NCBI RefSeq assembly: GCF_000007985.2 | Contig: NC_002939.5 | Location: 330,001 to 362,000 of the forward strand | From: Geobacter sulfurreducens PCA | GTDB lineage: Bacteria > Desulfobacterota > Desulfuromonadia > Geobacterales > Geobacteraceae | Direction of reading: 5' to 3' | DNA length: 32,000 nt | Part shown: one piece after another, positions 22,859-31,503 of the stretch | Numbering within the stretch: the stretch's first letter is position 1 | How the letters are laid out: every line of letters begins with the position of its first letter | Position numbers and translations under genes: made by a program | Notes under the pieces: generated by a model | What the model was told of the DNA's origin: nothing | Seen by the model: only the letters and a program-made list of their open reading frames with translations | The model's database searches: none

Positions 22859-23778
22859 CAGTACTCTCTCCAGTAGAGATAGCGGGGCTGGGTTCCGTCA
22901 AGGTTCACCACTGCTTCCACAAGTCTGGTCACGTCGCCCACCGCTGCCCGGGAAACGAGACGATAGGTGCTTCCCCGAGCGCCGGCAAAGCCGGACAGTT
23001 TCCCGGCGATTGTCTCCATGCCGGGAATCTCGGATAATTCCCCAACGCTTTTGAATGGCTTTATGCGGCGCCGTTGCATGATGTCCCGGGCGATTCCTTC
23101 GCTGATGCCCTCGTCAAGTGCCATGAGCACCTGCAGGGGAGCGGTGTTCACGTTGATGGCCCCCCCGTCGACGAAGACCGTGGCAAAGGGACGGAGCCGC
23201 TCCAGGACGGCGGGTTCCACTCCCCGGACGAGCCCCAGTTCGCCGAAGGTGGCAAAGGGGGCGTTGCGGGGGGCATAGGGGGCGCTCAGTGACTGGTAGT
23301 AGGCAGATTCTCCGCCGTCGGGCCGCGGCTCGTCATTGGCGTCCAGCCAATCGGCCAGCGAGTCGTGAAGCGCTGTCGGCAGCTTGAGAGCGGTCAGCAG
23401 CCGGCGTTCCGCAGGGCCGTAAAATACATGTTCGTCACCGTTGGGAAGGGTGACGGCATTCAGGTTGAGCTTGCCGTCCTCTTCCTCAATGGTGATGCTC
23501 ACCCGTCCCTTTTCATCTTCAAATTGAACGGGATCAGCAAGGAGCTGCTGCAGCCCCTGGTCATTGCCGGAGGTGCGAAGGTTCCGCAGCAGCGAAATCC
23601 CGCCGGTTACCCCTCCCTCGGCCATGAGGCTTGCCTGCTGCAGGTTCACGAAGTTGCGGTGGAGCGACGTGTCCACATAAACCCCATGGATGAACTCGGT
23701 GGTCACTGCGATGAGGAGGGCAGTCACCACGAGGGTCAGGATGAGGGCGAAGCCCCGCTCGGACTCCGATCGTCTCAC
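22858..23778 (-). CDS. gspK: Type II secretion minor pseudopilin GspK
   Basis: GTG 23778 overlaps the gspJ TGA (GTGA). The N-terminus RRSESERGFALILTLVVTALL is a prepilin-like leader lacking Glu+5, as is typical of GspK. A helix-hairpin-helix-like region lies near the C-terminus. The ORF's upstream extension to 23925 lies inside gspJ. Confidence 0.8.
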   Translation of the reverse strand: MRRSESERGFALILTLVVTALLIAVTTEFIHGVYVDTSLHRNFVNLQQASLMAEGGVTGGISLLRNLRTSGNDQGLQQLLADPVQFEDEKGRVSITIEEEDGKLNLNAVTLPNGDEHVFYGPAERRLLTALKLPTALHDSLADWLDANDEPRPDGGESAYYQSLSAPYAPRNAPFATFGELGLVRGVEPAVLERLRPFATVFVDGGAINVNTAPLQVLMALDEGISEGIARDIMQRRRIKPFKSVGELSEIPGMETIAGKLSGFAGARGSTYRLVSRAAVGDVTRLVEAVVNLDGTQPRYLYWREY

Positions 23779-24404
23779 GACTGCCGCCCCTTGGGCCGGG
23801 CAAGGGTAGTGAATTCCACCGTCTGGTCGCCCTGCCGGACCCGGATGGTTATCCTGACCCGCTCCGGAAGACGTGGGACCAGCTCCGTGTTCCAGGTCTT
23901 CACCCATTTGCCGGCATCGTAGCACTCCACGAGAAACCCTTCGATTGCCTCCATCTGCGGATAAGGCATCGGCTTCACACTCCCGAAGAGTTCAGTTGAC
24001 TCGCGGGTGAGAGAGAGCGTGCTGTCTGTCTCCTTTACTGCATAACGGATCTTCTCCAGGTCGGACGCTGGAAGGTCGCCGGCCCGGGGCGGAGCTACGG
24101 CCGCAAACTCCAGACTCGATGCGGGCTTCCCGAAGATGTCCCGGTCCTCGACCACGAACCGCAGACGCACGTCGTTTCCCCTGAAAAATGCGCCGTCGAT
24201 TTCACGCCGGAGGAGATCCAGGGTGCCGCGCAATTCCCGGCGTTCCTCGGCCCCCTCGTCGGTGCGTTCCTTAGCTCGCACCACGGTGAAGTAACTGGAG
24301 TAGAGGGCTCCGGCCACCACTGCCAGCAGCAGCATTACCACCAGGGTTTCCAGGAGAGTGAACCCCCGTTGGCCGCCGGGGCTATTTCGCCACGTAGCGA
24401 ACAA
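23775..24404 (-). CDS. gspJ: Type II secretion minor pseudopilin GspJ
   Basis: TTG start at 24404, the only start codon in frame, with SD GGAGGA upstream. The leader is ...GGQRGFTLLETLVVMLLLAVV. Confidence 0.8.
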   Translation of the reverse strand: MFATWRNSPGGQRGFTLLETLVVMLLLAVVAGALYSSYFTVVRAKERTDEGAEERRELRGTLDLLRREIDGAFFRGNDVRLRFVVEDRDIFGKPASSLEFAAVAPPRAGDLPASDLEKIRYAVKETDSTLSLTRESTELFGSVKPMPYPQMEAIEGFLVECYDAGKWVKTWNTELVPRLPERVRITIRVRQGDQTVEFTTLARPKGRQS

Positions 24405-24738
24405 GGCTCACCGTCCTCCGTGCATTATCCCACGAGATGGCCACGGTTACCTTCCGGAATCCCGGAACCTGCGTTGCCGTGGATGTCATTACCCATGCAT
24501 AGTCCGGTCGAACCGGTGCAAAGGTGCCGTTGCTCTTTTCGGGAATGTCCTGTCTGGTGTCGAGATCGTCGAGCATCTGGCGACCCAGCAGAACGGCCAC
24601 CCCTTCATCCCGATCGCGGCCGGCGACCGCCAGATGGTTGTTGACCACTCCGATCACCGTGAACACCACCCCCGCAATGATGGCAACGGCAATCATTACT
24701 TCGAGCAGGGTAAACCCCCGTGCGCCGATGGTTCTCAC
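24382..24738 (-). CDS. gspI: Type II secretion minor pseudopilin GspI
   Basis: GTG start overlapping the gspH TGA (GTGA). Leader RTIGARGFTLLEVMIAVAII. 118 aa. Confidence 0.8.
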   Translation of the reverse strand: MRTIGARGFTLLEVMIAVAIIAGVVFTVIGVVNNHLAVAGRDRDEGVAVLLGRQMLDDLDTRQDIPEKSNGTFAPVRPDYAWVMTSTATQVPGFRKVTVAISWDNARRTVSLVRYVAK

Positions 24739-25262
24739 AGGGGCTCCTCCCGGTACCCTTCCGCGACTTTCACCTTGCCGGAGGACGGGTAGGCCATGAC
24801 CGTCATAACGGCGTCGCTTCCCTCTGCCTTGAGATGGAAGACGGTAAACTCTTCAAATCCTGCCGCACCTACGGTGACCACCACCTCGCCTGCAGCACGC
24901 TTGCCGACCCGAGGGGTGAAGGTGCTGGCTATGCTGATTCCCTCGGGCAGGAGGCGCCGCCGCAGGATCGGATCGTCCGGCTCTCCTTCCGTGCCGTCCG
25001 GCAGGATCGTTGTGATGGCGATGGCGCTTTCGCCGGGCACCAGCTTCATGCGGTAGGCGGTCTTTGCTGTGATGGCCCGATCCTGGATGAACCGCAAGGT
25101 GGCGGCGAACTCACGGGCTGCCCGATGAAGGTTCGCCGTGTCGCCGGGCGTGAGCCGTGGAAGGACCAGCGCCGCCGCCAGAGCCAGGATGGCTATCACC
25201 ACCACCAGCTCCATAAGGGTGAACCCGTGGTTATTGCAGGTTCCAGCTCTCGATGTCGGCAT
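24735..25262 (-). CDS. gspH: Type II secretion minor pseudopilin GspH
   Basis: Leader ...NNHGFTLMELVVVIAILALAA. 175 aa. Its start overlaps the 3' end of gspG by 32 nt. Confidence 0.8.
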   Translation of the reverse strand: MPTSRAGTCNNHGFTLMELVVVIAILALAAALVLPRLTPGDTANLHRAAREFAATLRFIQDRAITAKTAYRMKLVPGESAIAITTILPDGTEGEPDDPILRRRLLPEGISIASTFTPRVGKRAAGEVVVTVGAAGFEEFTVFHLKAEGSDAVMTVMAYPSSGKVKVAEGYREEPL

Positions 25263-25674
25263 TCTTCCCTTCGCCCCCCTTCACACCGTCGGCGCCGAAG
25301 GAGTAGAGATCGTAGTCGCCGTGCTCGCCGGGAGACAGGTAGACGAAATCGTTACCCCAAGGATCTTTGGGCACCTGCTTGCTCTCCAGGTACCCCTCGG
25401 AGCGGTAGTTTTTCGGGATCGTTCCCACCGTGGGAGCGGCAACCAGCGCCATAAGGCCCTGCTCCGTGGACGGATAGGTGCCGCTGTCGAGTTTGTAGAG
25501 CTTGAGGGCCGTCTCCAGGTTCTTGATCTGCACTTTGGCATCGGCAACCTTGGCATCGTCGGAGCGGCCGATGATCCGGGGCCCCACCAGGGCTGCCAGC
25601 AGGGCCAGGATAGCGATGACCACCATGATTTCGATGAGGGTGAAGCCGCGTCTGTTGCGCAGGGTGTTATGCAT
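25231..25674 (-). CDS. gspG: Type II secretion major pseudopilin GspG
   Basis: Leader RNRRGFTLIEIMVVIAILALLAALV and the conserved C-terminal PKDPWGNDFVY...YSFGADG. SD GGAGG lies 9 nt upstream. Confidence 0.9.
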   Translation of the reverse strand: MHNTLRNRRGFTLIEIMVVIAILALLAALVGPRIIGRSDDAKVADAKVQIKNLETALKLYKLDSGTYPSTEQGLMALVAAPTVGTIPKNYRSEGYLESKQVPKDPWGNDFVYLSPGEHGDYDLYSFGADGVKGGEGKNADIESWNLQ

Positions 25675-25700
25675 GGTCCGTTACCTCCGGTTGGAAAAAA

Positions 25701-26912
25701 TCAGCGAATGAGTTGATTAAGTTCAAAGATGGGGAGCAGTACCGCGACCACCACGAGCCCTACGGCCAGCCCCATGGCCAGGACGAGGAGCGGCTCAAGA
25801 AGCGCCATGAGGCCGGATACGGACGACTCGAACTCCCGCTCGAAGGCGCTGCCGGCCTTGCCGAGCATCTCCTCAAGCTCTCCCCCCTTCTCGCCAACGG
25901 CGACCATGTGGACCAGGAGAGGCGGAAAGAGTCCCGTGGTACGCAGAGCCCCCGAAAGGGTGCCGCCTTCGGCCAATCCGGCTGTTACGCCGGTGAGGGC
26001 GGCACGATAGTGGCGGTTGACCACAACCTGGGCCGTGATTTCGAGAGCCCGCATGACCGGTACACCGCTGGAAAGGAGGAGTCCCAGCACCTTGGCGAAG
26101 CGGGAGAGGATGAGTTGGCGCAGGAGACTTCCCACCACCGGAATCCGCAGAAGGAAGCGGTCGCGGCGGAGGCGGAAGGCATCGTCCTTCATGAGACGCC
26201 GGTAGAGCAGCACCACTCCGGCCACGGCGGCGATGCATGCCCACCAGAACGAGCGGAGAAAGGTGCTCGTCTTGATAAGGGCGATGGTGATGAGGGGGAG
26301 GGCTGCCCGATTGTCCTCAAAGATAGTGACGATCTTGGGAATGACAAAGGCCAGGAGGAAGAGCATTACCGCGCTTCCCACCAGGACCATGAGCGTCGGG
26401 TAGGCCAACGAGGCAGTGATTTTGCTCCGAATGGCCCGCTGTTCCTCGAGGAAGAGGGCGACTCGCTCCAAAACGGCGTCCAGGGCGCCGCTTGCCTCGC
26501 CTGCCGCCACCATTGCCACGTAGCTCTCGCTGAAAAGCCGCGGTTCGAGGGAGAGTGCCTTGGCCAGGTTGGCTCCCTCGGCCAGGCGTTCCCGAATCCG
26601 GCCGAGGGCCTTTTTGATCTCGCCGGGCTCCTCCTGCTCCCAGAGCGTGGTCACTGCCTCGTAGATCGGCACCTGGGAGCCCACCAACGTAGCAAGCCGG
26701 CGGGTCATGAGAGCCACCTGGGCGGGGCCTGCGTTTCTCCCTCCGAAACGTCGGGAGACGGTCCCCGCCGTCTCGGAGACTGGGCCAATGTCACGCGGAT
26801 AGAGGCCGTCCCGCTTCAGGTGAAGCTTCGCCTCCTTCAGGCTCTCAGCCTCGATGGTGCCGGACGTCTCCCGTCCCCCGGCCGTATAGGCGCTATACCG
26901 GAAGGTCGGCAT
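25701..26912 (-). CDS. gspF: Type II secretion inner-membrane platform protein GspF
   Basis: 403 aa with a duplicated GspF/PilC-type domain and three TM segments. N-terminus MPTFRYSAYTAGGRETSGTIEAES. Confidence 0.9.
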   Translation of the reverse strand: MPTFRYSAYTAGGRETSGTIEAESLKEAKLHLKRDGLYPRDIGPVSETAGTVSRRFGGRNAGPAQVALMTRRLATLVGSQVPIYEAVTTLWEQEEPGEIKKALGRIRERLAEGANLAKALSLEPRLFSESYVAMVAAGEASGALDAVLERVALFLEEQRAIRSKITASLAYPTLMVLVGSAVMLFLLAFVIPKIVTIFEDNRAALPLITIALIKTSTFLRSFWWACIAAVAGVVLLYRRLMKDDAFRLRRDRFLLRIPVVGSLLRQLILSRFAKVLGLLLSSGVPVMRALEITAQVVVNRHYRAALTGVTAGLAEGGTLSGALRTTGLFPPLLVHMVAVGEKGGELEEMLGKAGSAFEREFESSVSGLMALLEPLLVLAMGLAVGLVVVAVLLPIFELNQLIR

Positions 26913-28455
26913 ACTCCTCCTGCGTTACCCGCAGGACCTCCTCGATGGTTGTGATGCCCGCTGCGGCCTTGGCCAGGCCGTCGTCGCGCAGGGTCCGCAT
27001 CCCCTTGCCGACAGCGTATTCCTTGATGGCTCCGGCCGGTTCCCGACGGATGATCATGGAGCAGATCTCCCCGTCCACGGGTAGGAGTTCGTAGATGCCG
27101 ACCCGGCCCAGGGTCCCGAGGCCGAAGCATGCATCGCATCCCCGCCCCCGGTAGAGGGTTGAGGGGAGGGTGATGCCGGCGTAGTCCCGTTCCGGCGTGT
27201 AGGATTCGCGGCAGTGGGGGCAGATGCGGCGCACGAGCCGCTGGGCCAGAACAGCGGACAGGGACGATGCCACCATGAACGGTTCGATTCCCATGTCGAC
27301 GAGTCGGGCGATGGCGGTGGCACTGTCGTTGGTGTGAAGGGTAGAGAGGACCAGGTGCCCCGTGAGTGACGCCTGCATGGCGATTTCCGCCGTCTCGGCG
27401 TCGCGGATCTCTCCCACCATTACGATGTCCGGGTCCTGGCGGAGAATGGCGCGCAGGCCCTGGGCAAAGGTCAGCTCGATCTTGGGATTGACCTGAATCT
27501 GGCCGATCCCCTTGACTTGATATTCGATGGGGTCTTCGATGGTGATGATGTTCTTTTCCGGCGAGTTGAGCCGGTTGAGTGCCGCGTAGAGGGTGGTGGA
27601 CTTGCCGCTTCCCGTTGGCCCGGTGACGAGGATGATGCCGCTGGTCCGGCCGAGGAGGCGCTCCATGGAGCGGACGCCTCCTTCGGACAGCCCGATGTTT
27701 TCGAGAGAAATGAGCCCCTTCTGTTTGTCCAGGAGACGGAGCACCACGCGTTCGCCGAAGAAGGTAGGGATGATGGAGACACGGATGTCCACATCCCGTC
27801 CCGCTACGATTACCCTGATGCGGCCATCCTGGGGAAGGCGCTTTTCGGCGATGTTCAACCCGGCCATGATCTTCACGCGGGAGACCAGAGCTTCCTGCAC
27901 CACCTTGGGAGGGGCGAGCTTGCGGTAGAGGATGCCGTCGATCCTGAAACGAACCTCCAGTTCCCGCTCGTAGGGTTCGATGTGGATGTCGCTGGCCCGC
28001 TCCTTCACCGCCTCCGAGAGGATCGAGTTCAGAAGCCGGATGACCGGCGCTTCGTCGGTCAGGTCCAGAAGATCCTTGGGCTCGGCCAGCTCAGTGGCGA
28101 TGACCGAAAGGTCTTCCCCTTCAAGCTCTTCCACGACCTCCTGGGCCGAGCTGCCGAGCCGGGCGTAGAGATGGTTCACCGCGCCGAGCACCGTATCCGG
28201 CGTTGCCGCGGCCAGTTCCACCTCCATCCCGTAGACTCCCCGCACCTCATCGATGGCCGACAGATCCGCGGGATTGCCTGAAACAACCAGGAGCCGCCCA
28301 TCCCGCTCCCGCAGGGGAAGGACGAGCCTGCCCCGGGCAAAAGCCAGGGGCAGCCGCGCGAGCAGTGCCGCATCCGCCTCATTGTCCCCGATCTCGGCCA
28401 GGAAGGGGATGCCGAGCCGCCGGGCGATCTGTTCCATGTCGTGTGCGTCCGTCAT
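26893..28455 (-). CDS. gspE: Type II secretion ATPase GspE
   Basis: Walker A GPTGSGKSTT; Asp/His boxes; tetracysteine CPHC...CDAC. The N1E-type N-terminus is present, but I found no MshEN c-di-GMP motif. ATGA overlap with gspD. Confidence 0.95.
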   Translation of the reverse strand: MTDAHDMEQIARRLGIPFLAEIGDNEADAALLARLPLAFARGRLVLPLRERDGRLLVVSGNPADLSAIDEVRGVYGMEVELAAATPDTVLGAVNHLYARLGSSAQEVVEELEGEDLSVIATELAEPKDLLDLTDEAPVIRLLNSILSEAVKERASDIHIEPYERELEVRFRIDGILYRKLAPPKVVQEALVSRVKIMAGLNIAEKRLPQDGRIRVIVAGRDVDIRVSIIPTFFGERVVLRLLDKQKGLISLENIGLSEGGVRSMERLLGRTSGIILVTGPTGSGKSTTLYAALNRLNSPEKNIITIEDPIEYQVKGIGQIQVNPKIELTFAQGLRAILRQDPDIVMVGEIRDAETAEIAMQASLTGHLVLSTLHTNDSATAIARLVDMGIEPFMVASSLSAVLAQRLVRRICPHCRESYTPERDYAGITLPSTLYRGRGCDACFGLGTLGRVGIYELLPVDGEICSMIIRREPAGAIKEYAVGKGMRTLRDDGLAKAAAGITTIEEVLRVTQEEYADLPV

Positions 28456-30350
28456 TTGCTCAGTTGGAGGTCGCGCTTGAGGTCAAAGGGAGCGTCGAGA
28501 CTGAGCGCTTCGCCGAACTTGTCGCGCTGCTGGCCGGAGACATCGTTCATCTCCTCGGCTCCCCGAATGATGCGCGGCGTAAGGACGATCATCAGGTTGG
28601 TCTTCTCCCTGCGCGTCGATTTGGTCTTGAACAGCCAGCCCAGAAGCGGGATGTCGCCCAGCAGCGGGATCTTGTTGATGGTTTCGGTGTCCCGGTCCTG
28701 GATCAACCCGCCGATCACCACCGTGTCCTTGTCCTTGACCACGACAGCGGTCTTGGCCGAGCGCTTGGTGGTGACGAGGTCATTCGCCTGTCCCTTGTTT
28801 TCCTTTACTGCAGAAATTTCCTGGTAGATGTCGAGCTTCACGTACTCCCCTTCGCTGATCTGGGGAGTGATCCTGAGCGTGATGCCGGTATCCTTGCGCT
28901 CGATGGATTGCTGAGAAATTCCGCCGGTCGTCAGATTGGTCTGGGAGAGGAATGGAACGTTCTCACCCACGAAGATTTCCGCTTCCTTGTTGTCCGAGGT
29001 CAGGATGTTCGGGGTGGAGAGTACATTAATGGCGCCGTCGGAGACGAGGGCCTTGACCTGGGCCGACACACTGACGTTTTTCCCAAGTTCTTCAAGTGCT
29101 TTTACCAGGAGAAATTGCGGGCCGCTGGTGGCGCTGAGGAAATTGAACGGGTCCAGGACGGCGCCGCCGGACGCGTCGCCCTGCGTGCCCACGGCCAGCG
29201 CGCCGATCTGAACACCCACATCCTTGAGCTTGTCGAGGGAGACTTCGGCGATGAGGGCCTGGACGAACACCTGGCGCCGCCGTTTATCGAGCTTCTGGAT
29301 CACCTGGAGGATGTTCTGGTAATCGACCGGCGAGGCCATGATCACCAGGGAGTTGGTAGCCTTGTCCGGCGTGACCGAGATCTTTCCACCCTCGAAGGGG
29401 GATTGAACGGGCGCCGCTGCGGGCACCCCGGGCTGCCCGGGGGTGGTGGGCGTGCCCTTGATGAGGCCGTCGATCACCTTTGCCACGTCGGTGGCATCGG
29501 CGTTCTCCAGATAGTAGACGTTGATCTTGCTGCTGGTGGTCGGCGGGACCACGTCCACCATGGCAATCAGTTTCTTGATGTCGTCCTTGTCCTGATCGCT
29601 GCCGAAAATGACCAGCGCATTGAGCCGGGTGTCGGGGACGATGAGGACCCCTGCGCTTGATGTTGCGGTAGCCTGTCCCGCCTGGCCGGCCGGCCGGCTT
29701 GTCTTGCCGCCGAGCCATTCGCGGATCACGCCGGAAACGCTGTCCGCCGAGGCATTTTTGAGGAAGATGATCTCGGCGCCCTCCCGCTTCTGGGGAGAAT
29801 CCACCAAGGTGAGAATGCCGGTGAGTTTCTGGATGTTCAGGGCAGAATCAACCACCATCAGCATGTTGCTGGCGCCAAATGCCGCGATGTAGCCGTCCTT
29901 GGAGACAATGGGCTGGAGAAAGGCCACCGCTTCCTGGGCGGAGATGCGCTCCAGGGGGATTATCCGGGCCACATAGGCATCGCTCACGGGGAGGCGGTCC
30001 TTGTCGCTCAAAAGCCTCATTCCTGATTGCTTGGCTGCCGCCGTAGGAACCACCTTGTAGACCTTGCCGGCCTGTACAAGGGTGAACCCTTTCAGCTCCA
30101 GAACCGATGTGAACAGGCTGAACGCCTCATCCGGCGTCAGCTTGGAGGGGGAGTAGATGGAAATCTTTCCCTTCACCCGCTCGTCCAGGACGAAATTCTT
30201 GCCGGTCAGGTCGCTGATGAACTTCACCATGGTGGCGATGTCCACGTCGTTGAAGTTGAGAACCACCCCCTTGGCACTCGCCGGCAGCGGTGCAAGAAGG
30301 GCGCAGGCCAGGACGGCAGCGGTCAGCAGATTCAGGAAGCGTTTCTTCAC
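28452..30350 (-). CDS. gspD: Type II secretion outer-membrane secretin GspD
   Basis: GTG 30350 preceded by GGAGG at 6-nt spacing. Signal peptide KKRFLNLLTAAVLACALLAPLPASA; N0 domain (LNFNDVDIATMVKFISDLTGKNFV); C-terminal secretin domain (...VVIGGLIQD...IPLLGDIPLLGWLF). Confidence 0.95.
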   Translation of the reverse strand: MKKRFLNLLTAAVLACALLAPLPASAKGVVLNFNDVDIATMVKFISDLTGKNFVLDERVKGKISIYSPSKLTPDEAFSLFTSVLELKGFTLVQAGKVYKVVPTAAAKQSGMRLLSDKDRLPVSDAYVARIIPLERISAQEAVAFLQPIVSKDGYIAAFGASNMLMVVDSALNIQKLTGILTLVDSPQKREGAEIIFLKNASADSVSGVIREWLGGKTSRPAGQAGQATATSSAGVLIVPDTRLNALVIFGSDQDKDDIKKLIAMVDVVPPTTSSKINVYYLENADATDVAKVIDGLIKGTPTTPGQPGVPAAAPVQSPFEGGKISVTPDKATNSLVIMASPVDYQNILQVIQKLDKRRRQVFVQALIAEVSLDKLKDVGVQIGALAVGTQGDASGGAVLDPFNFLSATSGPQFLLVKALEELGKNVSVSAQVKALVSDGAINVLSTPNILTSDNKEAEIFVGENVPFLSQTNLTTGGISQQSIERKDTGITLRITPQISEGEYVKLDIYQEISAVKENKGQANDLVTTKRSAKTAVVVKDKDTVVIGGLIQDRDTETINKIPLLGDIPLLGWLFKTKSTRREKTNLMIVLTPRIIRGAEEMNDVSGQQRDKFGEALSLDAPFDLKRDLQLSK

Positions 30351-30459
30351 GGAAATCCTCCGCACGTTATCCACAATGACAAGCATCTACCGTGCGCTTA
30401 CCACAGCCCCCAAAAAAGGAACTCTGCCGCGCAGCGCAAAGCGAACGCCGTCATTGTGC

Positions 30460-31335
30460 TTATCGTATATCGTAGCTAAACGTAGTCGGCTGGCCGTCCC
30501 TGACCAGATCGAGCTTGATGCGGTTCTGCCCCTTGAGCGATGCTAGAGATTGGATGGCACGCTCAGGGGAGTCCACGGGGAGATCATTTATGCGGAGCAG
30601 AATGTCACCGTTCCGCATGCCGATCATTGAAAACACACCCGCAGGCTTGACCTCTGAAATCCGGAAGCCCTCGACTTTGCCCTCTTTTACGCTCGGCAAG
30701 AGGCGTGCATCGGTCATTACCTGGCCAAGATTTTCGAGGGCGGCGTTGAGAGCGCGCTGGTCAATTACGTAGCTTCCCGCCCCCACCTGAACCGCACCGG
30801 TTTGTGGTGCGACAGCCGGCGGAGGAGGGGCGGATGTCGGCTCGATTCCCATGGCCAGGGGGGTTGTGAGGCGAATTTTTCGTCCGTTGGCGAGGATTTC
30901 CACGCTCTCTTTCTGAACTCCCACGAGGGGGCCAATGCCGAACACGGTATCACCCAGACGAAAAACCCGTTCTTCAGGCGGCGTTGCCCGGCGGATGAGG
31001 GCGAATGTCTCCCGGAACGAACCGCGGGCCGTTCCCAGCAGGGTTAAATCTCCATGGGTCGGCGCAGGCTGCTGGGCTCCCGCCGCCCCCTGAACCGGTG
31101 CGGAGAGGGGCGTCAGTTTTCCCTGTGTCGCCCGACCGAACAGTCCCTGGTCCAGAATGGAGGCAAAACTCAGAATGTCGTCGGAAACAGCTGCGGCGGG
31201 GGCTCCGGTCGCGCCCATTGCGGTATGCGGTGCTGTCCGGGCCAGGCGATAGGAGATCAATCCGGCGGCGATCCGCGCGGCCGCCAGTGAGTTCAGCGCG
31301 ATCAAGAGTGCAGTGAGGAGATAAACCTTTTTCAT
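30460..31335 (-). CDS. gspC: Type II secretion protein GspC (N-terminal membrane anchor, C-terminal PDZ domain)
   Basis: N-terminal hydrophobic segment MKKVYLLTALLIALNSLAAA and C-terminal PDZ (GFRISEVKPAGVFSMIGMRNGDILLRINDLPVDSPERA). It sits directly upstream of gspD. Confidence 0.75.
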   Translation of the reverse strand: MKKVYLLTALLIALNSLAAARIAAGLISYRLARTAPHTAMGATGAPAAAVSDDILSFASILDQGLFGRATQGKLTPLSAPVQGAAGAQQPAPTHGDLTLLGTARGSFRETFALIRRATPPEERVFRLGDTVFGIGPLVGVQKESVEILANGRKIRLTTPLAMGIEPTSAPPPPAVAPQTGAVQVGAGSYVIDQRALNAALENLGQVMTDARLLPSVKEGKVEGFRISEVKPAGVFSMIGMRNGDILLRINDLPVDSPERAIQSLASLKGQNRIKLDLVRDGQPTTFSYDIR

Positions 31336-31366
31336 CGGGCCATTTCACGTGATTTTGACTGCTGCA

Positions 31367-31394
31367 ATACTAGCACATCCATGGGTCGAGGCAA
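31367..31394 (-). promoter_or_regulatory. Candidate sigma-70-type promoter of the gsp operon
   Basis: Minus strand: TTGCCT (31394-31389), 16-nt spacer, TAGTAT (31372-31367). It lies ~30 nt upstream of the gspC ATG (31335). Confidence 0.35.
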
Positions 31395-31444
31395 GAAAAA
31401 ACACCGCTGGTGCGGCATCTGCAAGGGGTTTAGCCGCCCTCTGG

Positions 31445-31473
31445 TTGACAAACAACCCCTCGATTATTACATT
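31445..31473 (+). promoter_or_regulatory. Candidate sigma-70-type promoter of the htrA/degP-like gene
   Basis: TTGACA (31445-31450), 17-nt spacer, TACATT (31468-31473). SD GAGGAGG at 31492-31498 and ATG at 31504. Confidence 0.4.
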
Positions 31474-31503
31474 TATCGGGTCAATTTTACTGAGGAGGTC
31501 CGT

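Noticed and set aside
23779-23925. N-terminal extension of the gspK ORF, and similarly 30351-30386 for gspD, 16962-17024 for Roadblock and 11846-12013 for hypE
   Set aside because: The extensions overlap the preceding genes and lack SDs. Internal GTG/ATG starts give canonical N-termini (prepilin-like leader, signal peptide, HGSGG) with SDs or stop-start coupling.
25713-29660. Long + strand ORFs 25713-26954 (413 aa), 27517-28281 (254 aa) and 28203-29660 (485 aa)
   Set aside because: They are antisense to gspF, gspE and gspD, whose products carry canonical motifs. The translations are Gly/Arg/Asp/His-rich with no domains, so they are composition artefacts.
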